From Pseudomonadota bacterium (GTDB lineage: Bacteria; Pseudomonadota; Gammaproteobacteria; UBA12402), in the NCBI GenBank assembly GCA_039190005.1, contig JBCCYM010000001.1, forward strand, positions 36,024-100,023: a stretch of 64,000 nucleotides of DNA, given 5' to 3'. A program made the translations under genes and the position numbers. Positions 1 through 8,518 of this stretch are shown piece by piece. The notes under the pieces are model-generated. The model was not told the origin of the DNA and searched no databases. It worked only from the letters and a program-made list of their open reading frames with translations. Numbering within the stretch: the first letter of the stretch is position 1; each line of letters opens with the position of its first letter.

Positions 1-1342
1 TGATGAAGTCACTGGACTGGTTGAATATCCACAAGCCTTATTAGGCAAAATAGACGCTAATTTTTTAAATTTACCGCGTGAAGTATTAATCAGTGTGTTG
101 CAGAAACATCAGAAATGTTTCGCGATTAGTAATCCTCAAGGTGACTTATTGCCATATTTTATTACGATCAGCAATATTGAAAGCACTGATCCGCGACAAG
201 TGATTCATGGCAACCAACGTGTGGTACGCGCTCGTCTTGCCGACGCGGAATTTTTCTGGCAACAAGACAAACAACACCGCTTAGCTGATCGTGTTGACGC
301 GCTTAAATCCGTTTTATTCCAAAAGCAGTTGGGTAGTCTTTATGATAAAACCGAACGTCTGATGGCGCTCAGTCAAGCTGTTGCCGAACAAATTGGCGCC
401 GACATGGCGCAAACTGAACGCGCGGCGCGTTTAGCAAAAACGGATCTAGTCACGGCAATGGTCGGTGAATTTCCGGAATTACAAGGCATTATGGGTTGTT
501 ATTATGCCAGACACGACGGTGAAGCCGAGCAAGTCGCTATGGCTTTAGATGAACAATATCAACCACGTTATGCCGATGATCAACTCCCTGATACCGCTGT
601 TGGTCAAGCACTGTCTATTGCTGATCGCGTCGATACCTTAGTGGGTATTATTGGCATTGGTAAACAACCCAGTGGTAGTAGCGATCCCTACGCGCTGCGT
701 CGCGCGGCTTTGGGTATCTTAAGAATGATTGTTGAAAAGCAATTAAGCGTAGATTTATCATCGCTGCTGCTTAAATCGATACAACTTTATGGCGCCCATC
801 TTAAAAATAGTAATGTTGCCGATGCTGTGACTGATTTTATTCATGAACGCTATAAACAATTCTGTTTGCGCCGTGATTTTTCTGCTGATATGTTTGCCGC
901 CGTAAATGCCGGTAATTATATGGATTACCTTGATTTTGAAAAACGATTGCAGGCGGTTAAACATTTTTATGGCTTACCGCAAGCGGCTGATCTGGCGGAG
1001 ATAAATAAACGGGTAAAAAATATTCTTAATAAAAACCATATTGATGGTAAAAACTATACGATTAATATCGATTTATTTGAACAGGCTGTCGAAAAACAAT
1101 TATTGGAACGGATAGAAGAAAAAGCATTATTGTTTAAGCACAAACACGATAAACAATTTGATTATACTACCGCATTGCAATCTTTAGCCGATCTGCATGG
1201 CGTCACTGATCAATTTTTTACCGATGTCATGGTCATGGTTGACGATCAAGCCTTGCAAGACAATCGCCTTGCCTTGCTTATGCAACTGCGCCAGCTATTT
1301 TTACAAGTGGCCGATATCGCGTTGTTGCAGGAACACACATGA
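1..1342 (+). CDS. glyS: Glycyl-tRNA synthetase beta subunit; 5' end lies outside the window, C-terminal part present
   Basis: Open frame runs from the window start. The translation (LADAEFFWQQDK...LGILRMIVEKQL) is typical of the GlyS anticodon-binding/C-terminal region. The stop overlaps the gmhB start in an ATGA. Confidence 0.85.
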   Translation, partial: DEVTGLVEYPQALLGKIDANFLNLPREVLISVLQKHQKCFAISNPQGDLLPYFITISNIESTDPRQVIHGNQRVVRARLADAEFFWQQDKQHRLADRVDALKSVLFQKQLGSLYDKTERLMALSQAVAEQIGADMAQTERAARLAKTDLVTAMVGEFPELQGIMGCYYARHDGEAEQVAMALDEQYQPRYADDQLPDTAVGQALSIADRVDTLVGIIGIGKQPSGSSDPYALRRAALGILRMIVEKQLSVDLSSLLLKSIQLYGAHLKNSNVADAVTDFIHERYKQFCLRRDFSADMFAAVNAGNYMDYLDFEKRLQAVKHFYGLPQAADLAEINKRVKNILNKNHIDGKNYTINIDLFEQAVEKQLLERIEEKALLFKHKHDKQFDYTTALQSLADLHGVTDQFFTDVMVMVDDQALQDNRLALLMQLRQLFLQVADIALLQEHT

Positions 1343-1872
1343 AGCTGGTCATCCTCGACCGTGACGGGGTGATAAATTGTGATCGCCCCGATCATGTTAA
1401 ATCACCGGAAGAATGGATAGCCGAGCCTGGCGCTCTTGAGGCCATCGCGCGTTTGAACCGAGCGGGTTGGCGGGTTGTCATTGCTACCAATCAATCAGGT
1501 ATCGGACGCGGTTTATATGACCACAAAACACTAGCAGTGATACATGACAAAATGCTGGCAGAATTAGCGGTTCATGGTGGACATATCGATAAAATCTATT
1601 ATTGTCCGCACCATCCAGATGATAATTGCCATTGCCGTAAACCGAAACCGGGCATGCTGGCGCAGATTATCAATGACTTTTCGCTTAATCCCGATGACAT
1701 TTATTTTATCGGTGATGCCTATCGCGATATTCAAGCCGCCAGAGCCGCGGGTTGTAAAGCGATTTTAGTAGCAACCGGTAAAGGCAAACAGACTTGGCAT
1801 AAATACGCAGATCTACTAAAAGATGTTAAAAAATGCGCTAATTTATCCGCAGCAGTGGATAAGTTGTTGTAA
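1339..1872 (+). CDS. gmhB: D,D-heptose 1,7-bisphosphate phosphatase, HAD family
   Basis: DRDGVIN motif near the N-terminus. Zn-binding CPHHPDDNCHCRKP motif. About 177 aa. glyS-gmhB adjacency is as in Pseudomonas and Legionellales. Confidence 0.85.
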   Translation: MKLVILDRDGVINCDRPDHVKSPEEWIAEPGALEAIARLNRAGWRVVIATNQSGIGRGLYDHKTLAVIHDKMLAELAVHGGHIDKIYYCPHHPDDNCHCRKPKPGMLAQIINDFSLNPDDIYFIGDAYRDIQAARAAGCKAILVATGKGKQTWHKYADLLKDVKKCANLSAAVDKLL

Positions 1873-1874
1873 TG

Positions 1875-2243
1875 TTATTTATCTTCAGGCGCTTTATATT
1901 TGAATGTACACTTTTGTAGAAGACTGGTCGTACAGTCATAATTATCGAAGCCATTTTCCTTGGTCCAATCATTTTGTAGATTAGTTTGAGAAGGTGCACA
2001 GCTGTCAAAAACAATCATATTGTCCGTTTCTGTATCATAGTGGCAAGCAACATCTTCTTCCGGTAAGCCTTTTTGAGAAGGAAGATAATACACAGCGGTT
2101 AAAGGCTGTCCATTAAATTTTTCAGGACATATGATAGAAAAGTGTGTTTTGACTGGTTTGCAAGTATAATCATATTCTTTGGCAAAGCATGTTGAAAACA
2201 ACATCATCAAAAAAATAGGGAAAGAGCGCAATATTTTTTTCAT
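1875..2243 (-). CDS. Small secreted cysteine-rich hypothetical protein with signal peptide
   Basis: N-terminal hydrophobic signal MKKILRSFPIFLMMLFSTCFA. Eight Cys in 122 aa. No recognisable family. Confidence 0.45.
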   Translation of the reverse strand: MKKILRSFPIFLMMLFSTCFAKEYDYTCKPVKTHFSIICPEKFNGQPLTAVYYLPSQKGLPEEDVACHYDTETDNMIVFDSCAPSQTNLQNDWTKENGFDNYDCTTSLLQKCTFKYKAPEDK

Positions 2244-2505
2244 TTTTATTATCCTAATACTCTATTATTTTTACATTCATTATTATTAACTTATAGAAGA
2301 TATTATATCAGATTCTTAATTTCTAAGCAAGGCGTAGAGCATGCGCGACAGATGTTACAAATCTTACTTGACAATACTTAAATTAATTAATAGATTGCTT
2401 ATAGCCTTTAAGCTAAAAACCGCAGTTGATCGACCGATAGTTGATGCCTTCTGTTATGTTGTCATATTGCGACTGAGCTATTGAAAAATTTGGAGATGTT
2501 ACCCC

Positions 2506-2970
2506 ATGAAAAAACTTGCGCTATTATTGTTATTAACCGGCATATTCTCACAACTCAGTGCTACTGTCTCAGCAAGGGTTCACACAAACACTATTGATTT
2601 GTCAGGAAAATATCTATGTAGCATAGAAGTATTTGATATACACAAAAATGAGCAACATTCTAATATGGAATTAACGCTGGATCGGGTATCGACAACAGAT
2701 ACAACACAGATTTATAAAAATAAAGCCACTTTTATTGATGGTACCCATAATGTGCCCATGGAAAATGCTTCTGTTTCTATTTTGAGTCATGGCGTTTTAT
2801 CGTCGGGTTATAATTTTAAACAACCCGGCACTGATGCGGTCACTTACCAAGGTACCAGAACCTGTCGTGTGCATAAGCTCGCCGATATATGGTTTTTAAA
2901 TTGTATTTGGGCTAGCCACCGTGCCGGAACCATGGCTTGTGTTCAGGAAAAACCATTGACAATTGGTTAA
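2506..2970 (+). CDS. Secreted hypothetical protein with signal peptide
   Basis: Signal peptide MKKLALLLLLTGIFSQLSA. 154 aa. Divergent from the upstream small Cys-rich gene. Confidence 0.45.
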   Translation: MKKLALLLLLTGIFSQLSATVSARVHTNTIDLSGKYLCSIEVFDIHKNEQHSNMELTLDRVSTTDTTQIYKNKATFIDGTHNVPMENASVSILSHGVLSSGYNFKQPGTDAVTYQGTRTCRVHKLADIWFLNCIWASHRAGTMACVQEKPLTIG

Positions 2971-3089
2971 GGACTATAATATAATAAACGCTGGTTTATG
3001 GTTTTCATTTATCTTTAATCGATAGATACGCTTTCCAACAAGTAAGTGAAATAATAAATTAAAATAATTAAAATACCTGAATTTTCTTT

Positions 3090-4076
3090 ATGATAGCAAA
3101 TATACAAGCCTTGCGTCAGCGTATTGACGAGCAGGGTTGTTTTAAACAAAATAACCTTAGATCATTTTTAAAACTTGTCACAATAATAGCCACCTGTGTT
3201 ATCGGCTATACTGCTCTGTTAAAATTACCATTCATTTTTGATCTACTGTTAATCTTGCCTTTTTCGATTATCTTGATGATCGTGTTTTTTCTTGGACATG
3301 AAGCCGGGCATCAAGCATTGTTTAGCAAACGATCTATCAATAAATGGGCGTTTTTAATTATATTTTCCTTGATCGGTGGCGTGAGCGCCACCTATTGGAA
3401 ATACAAACATAATGACAAGCATCATCGCGCGCCTAATGTTGTTGGTGAAGATAATGATATTGAATTATGGCCATTAGCGTTATACAAAGATCAAATTAAT
3501 CATTCCAGCCCGATAACAAAATTTTTTCGCAAACATTGTCAACATTGGGCGTTTTGGTTTTTATTTCCTTTATTGTTTTTCAGCATGCGTTTTGATGGGC
3601 TTATTTATCTTTTTAAACAACGTAAATCGCTTAAAAATGCCACCGCTGACATTACGCTGTTTTCACTGCACTATTTACTCTGGCTAGTATTGCCGGCACT
3701 CTTTTTCCCAATTGCTAAGGTTATTATCTTATACGTCGCTGTATTGATGATTGCTGGATTTTTTTCATCCATTGTGTTTATTGTCGGCCATACCGGACTG
3801 CCTATACTTAAATCTTCAGATAATTACTGGCTTACGGTGCTCACCACCACACAGAATATCAAATTACCGCCTTTGTTATCTTGGTGTTGTACTGGCATGG
3901 ATTATCAAATTGAACATCATTTTTTTCCTAAACTAAATCACTTCACGATCAAAAAAGTGAGCGCCAGTGTTAAGCAATGGGCGCTTGAAAATAATTTACC
4001 TTATCACGAAACCAATTTGTTTCAAGCGATGAAAAATGTCTATTTGACCTTGAAACATCCAAAAACAGTCAGTTAA
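3090..4076 (+). CDS. Membrane fatty-acid desaturase family protein (three His boxes)
   Basis: His boxes HEAGH, HNDKHH and QIEHHFFP in a multi-TM protein. This is the classic di-iron membrane desaturase arrangement. Confidence 0.7.
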   Translation: MIANIQALRQRIDEQGCFKQNNLRSFLKLVTIIATCVIGYTALLKLPFIFDLLLILPFSIILMIVFFLGHEAGHQALFSKRSINKWAFLIIFSLIGGVSATYWKYKHNDKHHRAPNVVGEDNDIELWPLALYKDQINHSSPITKFFRKHCQHWAFWFLFPLLFFSMRFDGLIYLFKQRKSLKNATADITLFSLHYLLWLVLPALFFPIAKVIILYVAVLMIAGFFSSIVFIVGHTGLPILKSSDNYWLTVLTTTQNIKLPPLLSWCCTGMDYQIEHHFFPKLNHFTIKKVSASVKQWALENNLPYHETNLFQAMKNVYLTLKHPKTVS

Positions 4077-4111
4077 ATTTTAGACTTAAAAAAACACGGT
4101 TGTCGGCAAGA

Positions 4112-4340
4112 TGCGATTCCTTCGACCCTTCGACCCTTCGACAGGCTCAGGGCAAGCAGGCCCAGTGTATAAGATGGCTGAGCTTGTCGAAGCCAAGGAA
4201 TGCGCTCGAAAAGCTTGTTATGCCCTTCGGCCCCGACCCTTCGACCCTTCGACGAGCTCAGGGCAAGCAAGCTCAGGGCAAGCAAGTTCAGGGACCACCC
4301 TTCGGCAGGCTCAGGGACCACGAGATCAGGGATTACCGCG
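4112..4340. repeat. Dispersed modular intergenic repeat, copy 1 (modules CGACCCTTCGACAGGCTCAGGGCAAGCAGG + GTGTATAAGATGGCTGAGCTTGTCGAAGCCAAGG)
   Basis: Direct sub-repeats (cgacccttcga x2, gctcagggcaagcaag x2). Homologous to copies at 6880-7006 (inverted), 15112-15425, 60251-60273 and 61093-61205. Lies between convergent genes. Confidence 0.8.
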
Positions 4341-5555
4341 GTTTTTAGGATTAAGCAGCAGCAAACCAAAAAAACCAATGAGTAACAGCAACATCATAAA
4401 TAGACCTAAACCATATACCGGATGCATATGGACAAACGTTAAAGCGACAAGCGGCGCCGCGCCGCTTAGTCCGTTGCCGATACTATAAGAAAAAGCGCAT
4501 CCGGTTGTTTGCCAATCGCTTTCAAAGACTTCAGCGAATAAAGGTGAGATCGCGCCTTGAATCATGGTCATAAAAATAGTCATGATTAACATGGAGACAA
4601 ACATCCAAAGTGGGTTTTCAGTGTAAATCAGGTAAACCAAGGGAATAGCAAGTATAAAAAATGACCAGCCTGCCGTATAAAAAACACGTCTCACCCCTAT
4701 TTTATCAGCGAACTGACCAAAGAATGGATACAAAAGACAAGCAATAAAAAGTACTAAGCTGTTGATCAAAAACGCGGTTTGTTTATGAACACCCAGCTCA
4801 CTAATTTGATAACTCACCAAATAGGTAAATACCGTGTAATATAATGATGCCGCCATGGTTGTGAGGCAAACAACAGTTACTATCGCTTTATATTGTCTGA
4901 GCAATGACATGAATACATTGGCTTTTTGTTTTTCTTGCCTGAAAAACGGATAACGTTCATTGCGATTAAAATAAAGGTATAATAAAAATAAACACCCGCT
5001 GAGCGCGAAGGGAACACGCCAGATAAGCTGTGTGCTGTGATCAGAAAAATAACTTGATGATATAAAGCCTACAATGGACGCCAACAAAAAACCTAAGGAT
5101 GAAATTGAAAAAACAAGTCCAACCGCGAAACCTTTGCTACCGTAATAGTCTTTTACCGAAAGTGAAATAAGTCCGGGAAACTGTCCGCCGACCGACAAGC
5201 CTTGAATAATTCGAAGTATCACCAGCAGAATGGGTGCCCAAAAGCCAAGCATATGATAATCCGGCAGCAAGGCGACCATAAATGTTGAGACACCCATGGT
5301 AATCACACAAAGATTGATCATGGTTTTAGGATGATAGCGATCGCTAAGCCAGCCAACAAGCAAACCACCTAGTGGGCGTACAATAGAGCCTAAAAAAAAT
5401 GTCGCGAAGGTTAAAAGAAGGCTGATATAACGGTCATGATGGGGAAAAAAATCTTTGGCAATAAAAACGGCGAAGTAGATATACAAGGAAAAATCGTACC
5501 ATTCAATGATATTTCCAAATGAAAGTCGAGCGAAACTGGTAATATTTTTCTGCAT
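4326..5555 (-). CDS. MFS transporter
   Basis: About 12 predicted TM segments; MFS-like loop motifs. 409 aa. Confidence 0.7.
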   Translation of the reverse strand: MQKNITSFARLSFGNIIEWYDFSLYIYFAVFIAKDFFPHHDRYISLLLTFATFFLGSIVRPLGGLLVGWLSDRYHPKTMINLCVITMGVSTFMVALLPDYHMLGFWAPILLVILRIIQGLSVGGQFPGLISLSVKDYYGSKGFAVGLVFSISSLGFLLASIVGFISSSYFSDHSTQLIWRVPFALSGCLFLLYLYFNRNERYPFFRQEKQKANVFMSLLRQYKAIVTVVCLTTMAASLYYTVFTYLVSYQISELGVHKQTAFLINSLVLFIACLLYPFFGQFADKIGVRRVFYTAGWSFFILAIPLVYLIYTENPLWMFVSMLIMTIFMTMIQGAISPLFAEVFESDWQTTGCAFSYSIGNGLSGAAPLVALTFVHMHPVYGLGLFMMLLLLIGFFGLLLLNPKNRGNP

Positions 5556-5642
5556 GACATTAGAAGATACCGGATTACATCAGCGATGCCAAGGATTAAA
5601 TTAATATTATAAAAATTTAGGGGGAGAGAGACTAAAGTATCC

Positions 5643-5672
5643 AAAAAAAAGCGGCAGATAATTATCTGCCGC
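5643..5672 (-). terminator. Rho-independent terminator downstream of the cupin gene
   Basis: Perfect hairpin gcggcagataa/ttatctgccgc followed on the minus strand by a T8 run (A8 on plus at 5643-5650). Confidence 0.7.
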
Positions 5673-5691
5673 TTTTGTTGGTGTTTTACTA

Positions 5692-6282
5692 TTATTTATG
5701 GTCGTGTTGCGCGTCGTATTTATCTTCTTCAGCGCGTGTTTTAAATGCCATCGTTGGTTGTTTCGTATCCCATTTACTGTAGACACTCAAAATCTTTAAC
5801 GGCTGTGTTGTGCTCGCGTTTTTAATATAGTGAGACGTGTAAGCCGGTACTAAAATCCAGCTGCCGGCAGGGACATCTTGAGCCGCGCCTTCCTTAAAAG
5901 AAACTTTCGCGTTACCTGACAGGATATAAATGAATTGATCAAAATCATGGATTTCATCAGGCACATCATTACTTTCTTTATTCGTTTCAGGACTGATTGT
6001 CATCATAACCATTTGCGCTTGATCACCTGAATAAAGCGATTCACGCCAATTGTTATTATTATTGTAAAAAGCTGGGTTAGTCGGGCTATTTTTTCCCGTA
6101 AGAATGGTCGGTTGCGGTTGATAACCAGGTAATTTGTAGTTTCCCTTAACAACATTTGCTTTGCCGCCGGGATTATTTGCTGACATTTCTTGATCTGAAG
6201 TATTGCTGGTCGATTGTGCCGCGAATGCTACAGATAAAATCGATGCCATGGTAAAAATAAATAATAATGATACACGTTTCAT
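5692..6282 (-). CDS. Secreted cupin-domain protein
   Basis: Signal peptide MKRVSLLFIFTMASILSVAFA. C-terminal cupin-like beta-barrel region (GSWILVPAYTSHYIKN). Confidence 0.55.
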   Translation of the reverse strand: MKRVSLLFIFTMASILSVAFAAQSTSNTSDQEMSANNPGGKANVVKGNYKLPGYQPQPTILTGKNSPTNPAFYNNNNNWRESLYSGDQAQMVMMTISPETNKESNDVPDEIHDFDQFIYILSGNAKVSFKEGAAQDVPAGSWILVPAYTSHYIKNASTTQPLKILSVYSKWDTKQPTMAFKTRAEEDKYDAQHDHK

Positions 6283-6380
6283 AAGCGTTTCCCCATTTTA
6301 TAATTAAACTAGTCTTGTGACCGTAACATGAAACACTCGCGCGTACAAGCGCGCGAGGTCAAAGTATTGTAACATTACCG

Positions 6381-6803
6381 TTACTTTATTAAGCCAATGG
6401 CTTCAAATAAGATGTATTTATTCCAAATCACCCAGGTTTCGACAATTTTATCATGATCAAAACGATCAATTTCCACGCCTCGCCAAGTCACAGGTTTGCC
6501 TGTTGCTGTGGCGCCCATATAGGTGCCGGAGTGTGTCGCGGTAATCTCCCATTGGGTGGTAACAAAATTATCCTCAGCAATCTGATTTATAATTTTTACA
6601 CTGGCATTAGAAAAGGCATTGTGGAAATTTGCCAAAAGCTGTTTCCACTCTTTGAAATTATAAACAGCGACACCACCTTCCGGTACTGGATCGGGTTCCT
6701 GGTGATTTTTATAAGTCTTGGCAAAAATTTCTTCCGCCTTGAGTGTGTTATCACTCGCGAACATACCTATAGCGCGCCGCGACACCGTTTTATTATCTGA
6801 CAT
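6381..6803 (-). CDS. SnoaL-like / NTF2-fold ester-cyclase family protein
   Basis: 140 aa with the pattern typical of the predicted ester cyclase family (WVIWNKYILFEAIG, FDHDKIVETW). Confidence 0.5.
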   Translation of the reverse strand: MSDNKTVSRRAIGMFASDNTLKAEEIFAKTYKNHQEPDPVPEGGVAVYNFKEWKQLLANFHNAFSNASVKIINQIAEDNFVTTQWEITATHSGTYMGATATGKPVTWRGVEIDRFDHDKIVETWVIWNKYILFEAIGLIK

Positions 6804-6879
6804 AAAACCTCCCAGGTTAATGTGTTAAAACATACACTAATTTATACAACATTTTTTTATCTCTTGCCAGATGAAAAAC

Positions 6880-7006
6880 TGGTTCCTGAGCCTGCCGAAG
6901 GGTCGAAGGGCATCATAAGTTTTTTGAGTGTGAGCTTTGGCTTCGACAAGCTCAGCCATCTTATACACAGCCTGCTTGCCCTGAGCCTGTCGAAGGGTCG
7001 AAGGAT
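6880..7006. repeat. Dispersed modular intergenic repeat, copy 2 (inverted relative to copy 1)
   Basis: cctgagcctgccgaagggtcgaaggg ... cttcgacaagctcagccatcttatacac ... ccctgagcctgtcgaagggtcgaagg is the reverse complement of the copy-1 modules. Confidence 0.8.
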
Positions 7007-7127
7007 TGAAAAACAACAATAAACTGGCTGCAAATTTTTGACTTTGTTCCTGGTTCGTCATACTATAATTGGTGAAGTTACACGAACAAACCATCTCGGT
7101 CGCAAGCGACCGAATTGTGGAAAAATC

Positions 7128-8504
7128 ATGGGTAAACGCAACAAAAATTCATTCAAGGTCATTAAAGATCCCGTGCATGGATCAATGCAGTTTTCGCATG
7201 AGGAAATAGCATGGATTATGCCTTTTATTGACAGTGATAATTTTCAACGTCTACGCCACATCAAACAAGCTGGTCTGTGTGATTGGTTTTTTATCGGCGC
7301 GGTACACACACGCTTTAATCATTGTCTCGGTTGTTGTTATGTGGCCAGCCAGATTGCCAAGAAATTAGACTTATCAGACAGAGACAGACAAGCTGTGATG
7401 CTTGCCGCGTTATTACACGATATTGGTCATGGTCCTTTGTCACATACCTTTGAACCAATTTTTCATGAGACATGTATCAATCATGAGATGTGGACGCCCT
7501 ACTTTATTCAAGAATTTAATCAAGCCGATTTCCTGGAAAAATTGAAAAAAGGTTCGTCAACATTGTCGGTGTCATCGGCAACCTTAAAATTGGTTGAGCG
7601 TCTTATTATGCATCAAGAAAAAGAAAAGTCATTGCTCGCGGATATTGTCTCCTCGCAACTTGACGCCGATCGTTTGGATTATTTGCTGCGTGACAGTCAT
7701 TTTTGTGGCGTCGATTATGGTGAGTATGATTTTCCTTGGTTGTTAAACTGTCTGAGTGTTGTGAACTATAAAGGCAAGAATCGACTGGGTATTTTTGAAA
7801 ACGGTATTGGCGGCGTTGAACATTATCTGTTGGCGCGGCGTTTGATGACGCGTAATGTCTACCAGCATCAGAAAAAACACAGTGCCGAAAATTTATTGGT
7901 ACATTTTCTTAAATATTTATCACATGGCCTTGAACGCGATCAGCGTTTTGCCGAAATTAAACGCAAAACTTTGGCACAATTCATTATGCGCGTTAACGCC
8001 TTTAATGACGCGGTCAAAAAATCAAGCCATAAAACAAAAATCATCAAAGCGTTTTTGCGTGATAATTTCCAACACTATAAACAGCTTTATGATTATGATA
8101 TTTTTTCAATGATTCGTCATTGCGCCAATCTGGAGGGAGATCACCCGGCCGCCGAAATCGCCAGGCGTTTACAGCAACGTCAGTTGCCGAAAACATTTCG
8201 CATAGACGCCAAACATTACACACAAATGAAAAATACCATCGCTGAGCTTAAACAAAAAAATAACAAGATTAAGGATTGGCAAATTCAAATTCTCAATTTA
8301 CCCAGCAGTTCTTATTCCGGCAATCGTGATCCAATTTTAATCAACAGCAGTAACAACAAGGTTAAAAAACTACACGATCAGTCGCTTATTATCAACGCAC
8401 TGTCCAATCAATGGGAACATATCAGTTTGGTGGCTATTGATCAGCTTTTGCTTGATCAGCCAGCGATTATTAAACTCAGACGTAAGTTAGAAAAAATCAG
8501 CTAA
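7128..8504 (+). CDS. HD-domain dNTP triphosphohydrolase (SAMHD1/Dgt-like)
   Basis: KVIKDPVHGSMQF...FQRLRHIKQAG...HTRFNHCLG...LLHDIGHGPLSH matches the SAMHD1-type HD signature. Start moved to the ATG at 7128 (MGKRNK...) instead of the upstream ORF extension. Confidence 0.7.
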   Translation: MGKRNKNSFKVIKDPVHGSMQFSHEEIAWIMPFIDSDNFQRLRHIKQAGLCDWFFIGAVHTRFNHCLGCCYVASQIAKKLDLSDRDRQAVMLAALLHDIGHGPLSHTFEPIFHETCINHEMWTPYFIQEFNQADFLEKLKKGSSTLSVSSATLKLVERLIMHQEKEKSLLADIVSSQLDADRLDYLLRDSHFCGVDYGEYDFPWLLNCLSVVNYKGKNRLGIFENGIGGVEHYLLARRLMTRNVYQHQKKHSAENLLVHFLKYLSHGLERDQRFAEIKRKTLAQFIMRVNAFNDAVKKSSHKTKIIKAFLRDNFQHYKQLYDYDIFSMIRHCANLEGDHPAAEIARRLQQRQLPKTFRIDAKHYTQMKNTIAELKQKNNKIKDWQIQILNLPSSSYSGNRDPILINSSNNKVKKLHDQSLIINALSNQWEHISLVAIDQLLLDQPAIIKLRRKLEKIS

Positions 8505-8518
8505 ACCAGGAGAACACT

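Noticed and set aside
4073-4488. Overlapping ORFs on both strands (101, 82, 125 and 61 aa; peptides such as PFDPSTGSGQAG and LRQAQGKQAQ)
   Set aside because: They lie wholly within the dispersed repeat copy 1. Their periodic low-complexity translations arise from the tandem nucleotide sub-repeats. The same peptides recur wherever the repeat occurs (6822-7094, 15019-15324).
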